A stretch of DNA of 64,000 nt from a virus: IMG/VR virus record IMGVR_UViG_3300045988_076196, positions 32,001-96,000 of that record. One strand, given 5' to 3'. Numbering within the stretch: the first letter of the stretch is position 1; each line of letters starts with the position of its first letter. Below are positions 63,521 through 64,000 of this stretch, in pieces. The notes beneath the pieces are model-generated. The model saw only the letters and a program-made list of their open reading frames with translations, was not told the origin of the DNA and searched no databases. The position numbers were made by a program, and so were the translations under genes.

Positions 63521-64000
63521 TTAATCAACATCTCCTTTAATTCTAGGACTTCTTTGTTCAACTGGTGTTGTTAGAGCTTTTTCCACATCCCATTTATAAG
63601 TATCGATTCTATTATATATAACTCCTCTTTTTATACCCACCTTTTCACTCCACTGAGCAACATTCATTGTTTCCCCAAACGCTGTTAACAATCTATTTCT
63701 AGTGGTATTGTTATTTTGAGTTTTTATATCAGCCCATCTACAATTTTCAGGGCAATAATTCCCATTGACGTCAATTCTATCTATAGTAAGATTGTCTGCA
63801 TAACCGTTGCTAATAGCCCATTCTCTAAATGGAATAAATTCTTCCCATTCTTGACAAATCGTAATACCTTTACCACCATAATGTTTATAGTTGCAAGTGT
63901 TTGGATTATTACATCTATTTTTCATACCATGCCAAATTCTATAAAGCCTCGAATTACAATCATTATGAATCGCCCGTTCTTTGTCTCTGTTCGTGATTAT
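63521..64000 (-). CDS. Free-standing homing endonuclease-like protein, a paralogue of the intron ORF at 13300; the 5' end lies beyond the window
   Basis: The frame stays open upstream of the track ATG (…SRLYRIWHGMKNRC). Motifs are YGGKGITICQEW and LTIDRIDVNGNYCPENCRW. Confidence 0.65.
   Translation of the reverse strand: MITNRDKERAIHNDCNSRLYRIWHGMKNRCNNPNTCNYKHYGGKGITICQEWEEFIPFREWAISNGYADNLTIDRIDVNGNYCPENCRWADIKTQNNNTTRNRLLTAFGETMNVAQWSEKVGIKRGVIYNRIDTYKWDVEKALTTPVEQRSPRIKGDVD

Noticed and set aside
1-64000. Global stop-codon reassignment (TAG or TGA read as sense throughout)
   Set aside because: Most of the roughly 100 ORFs are intact under the standard code. TGA terminates many clearly complete genes, such as 14922-15341, the portal gene and 26625-27278. 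TAG terminates terL itself (20246-20248), the polymerase gene (14850-14852) and 1593-1907. Only two internal stops were found, so at most there is local or partial suppression.
1-64000. CRISPR array, integrase or attachment site, and toxin-antitoxin pairs
   Set aside because: There are no regularly spaced direct repeats with unique spacers. I recognised no tyrosine or serine recombinase motifs and no obvious TA gene pair.

Overview
This window reads as one contiguous piece of a tailed dsDNA phage genome. It is AT-rich and tightly packed, with strong AGGAGG-type ribosome-binding sites (SD), many TTG/GTG starts and TTGACA-N17-TGnTATAAT promoters. I found no rRNA, tRNA, CRISPR array, integrase or reverse transcriptase. 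Layout: (1) 1-1160 and 3430-4913 are unusually long repeat-rich noncoding tracts flanking a GC-richer leftward operon of small genes (1174-3355). (2) 4914-5954 is a lone rightward HTH-like gene. (3) 6010-10717 is a leftward early block with Lar-like anti-restriction, dCMP deaminase, DUF3310 and DUF4041/T5orf172 genes. (4) 10738-11078 is a divergent control region with four near-perfect promoters. (5) 11108-57234 is a long rightward block: a YonO/RdRP-like two-barrel RNA polymerase, two HU-like proteins, a metallophosphoesterase, terminase, portal, protease-scaffold, decoration and major capsid proteins, tail genes, a roughly 1800-aa tape measure, baseplate and fibre genes, and a lysis cassette embedded between two fibre clusters. 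(6) 57324-64000 is a leftward nucleotide-metabolism block with dUTPase, DUF4406, a ThyX-like protein and class II RNR. Most notable: three genes (polymerase, major tail protein, tape measure) are each split by an insertion of about 0.9-1.5 kb that reads as a group I intron. Two carry homing-endonuclease ORFs. The third instead carries its own consensus promoter and three tiny membrane-protein ORFs. Also notable are an in-frame TAG in the large terminase and an in-frame TGA in a small early gene. All functional calls come from motifs I recognise by eye; no database search was possible.
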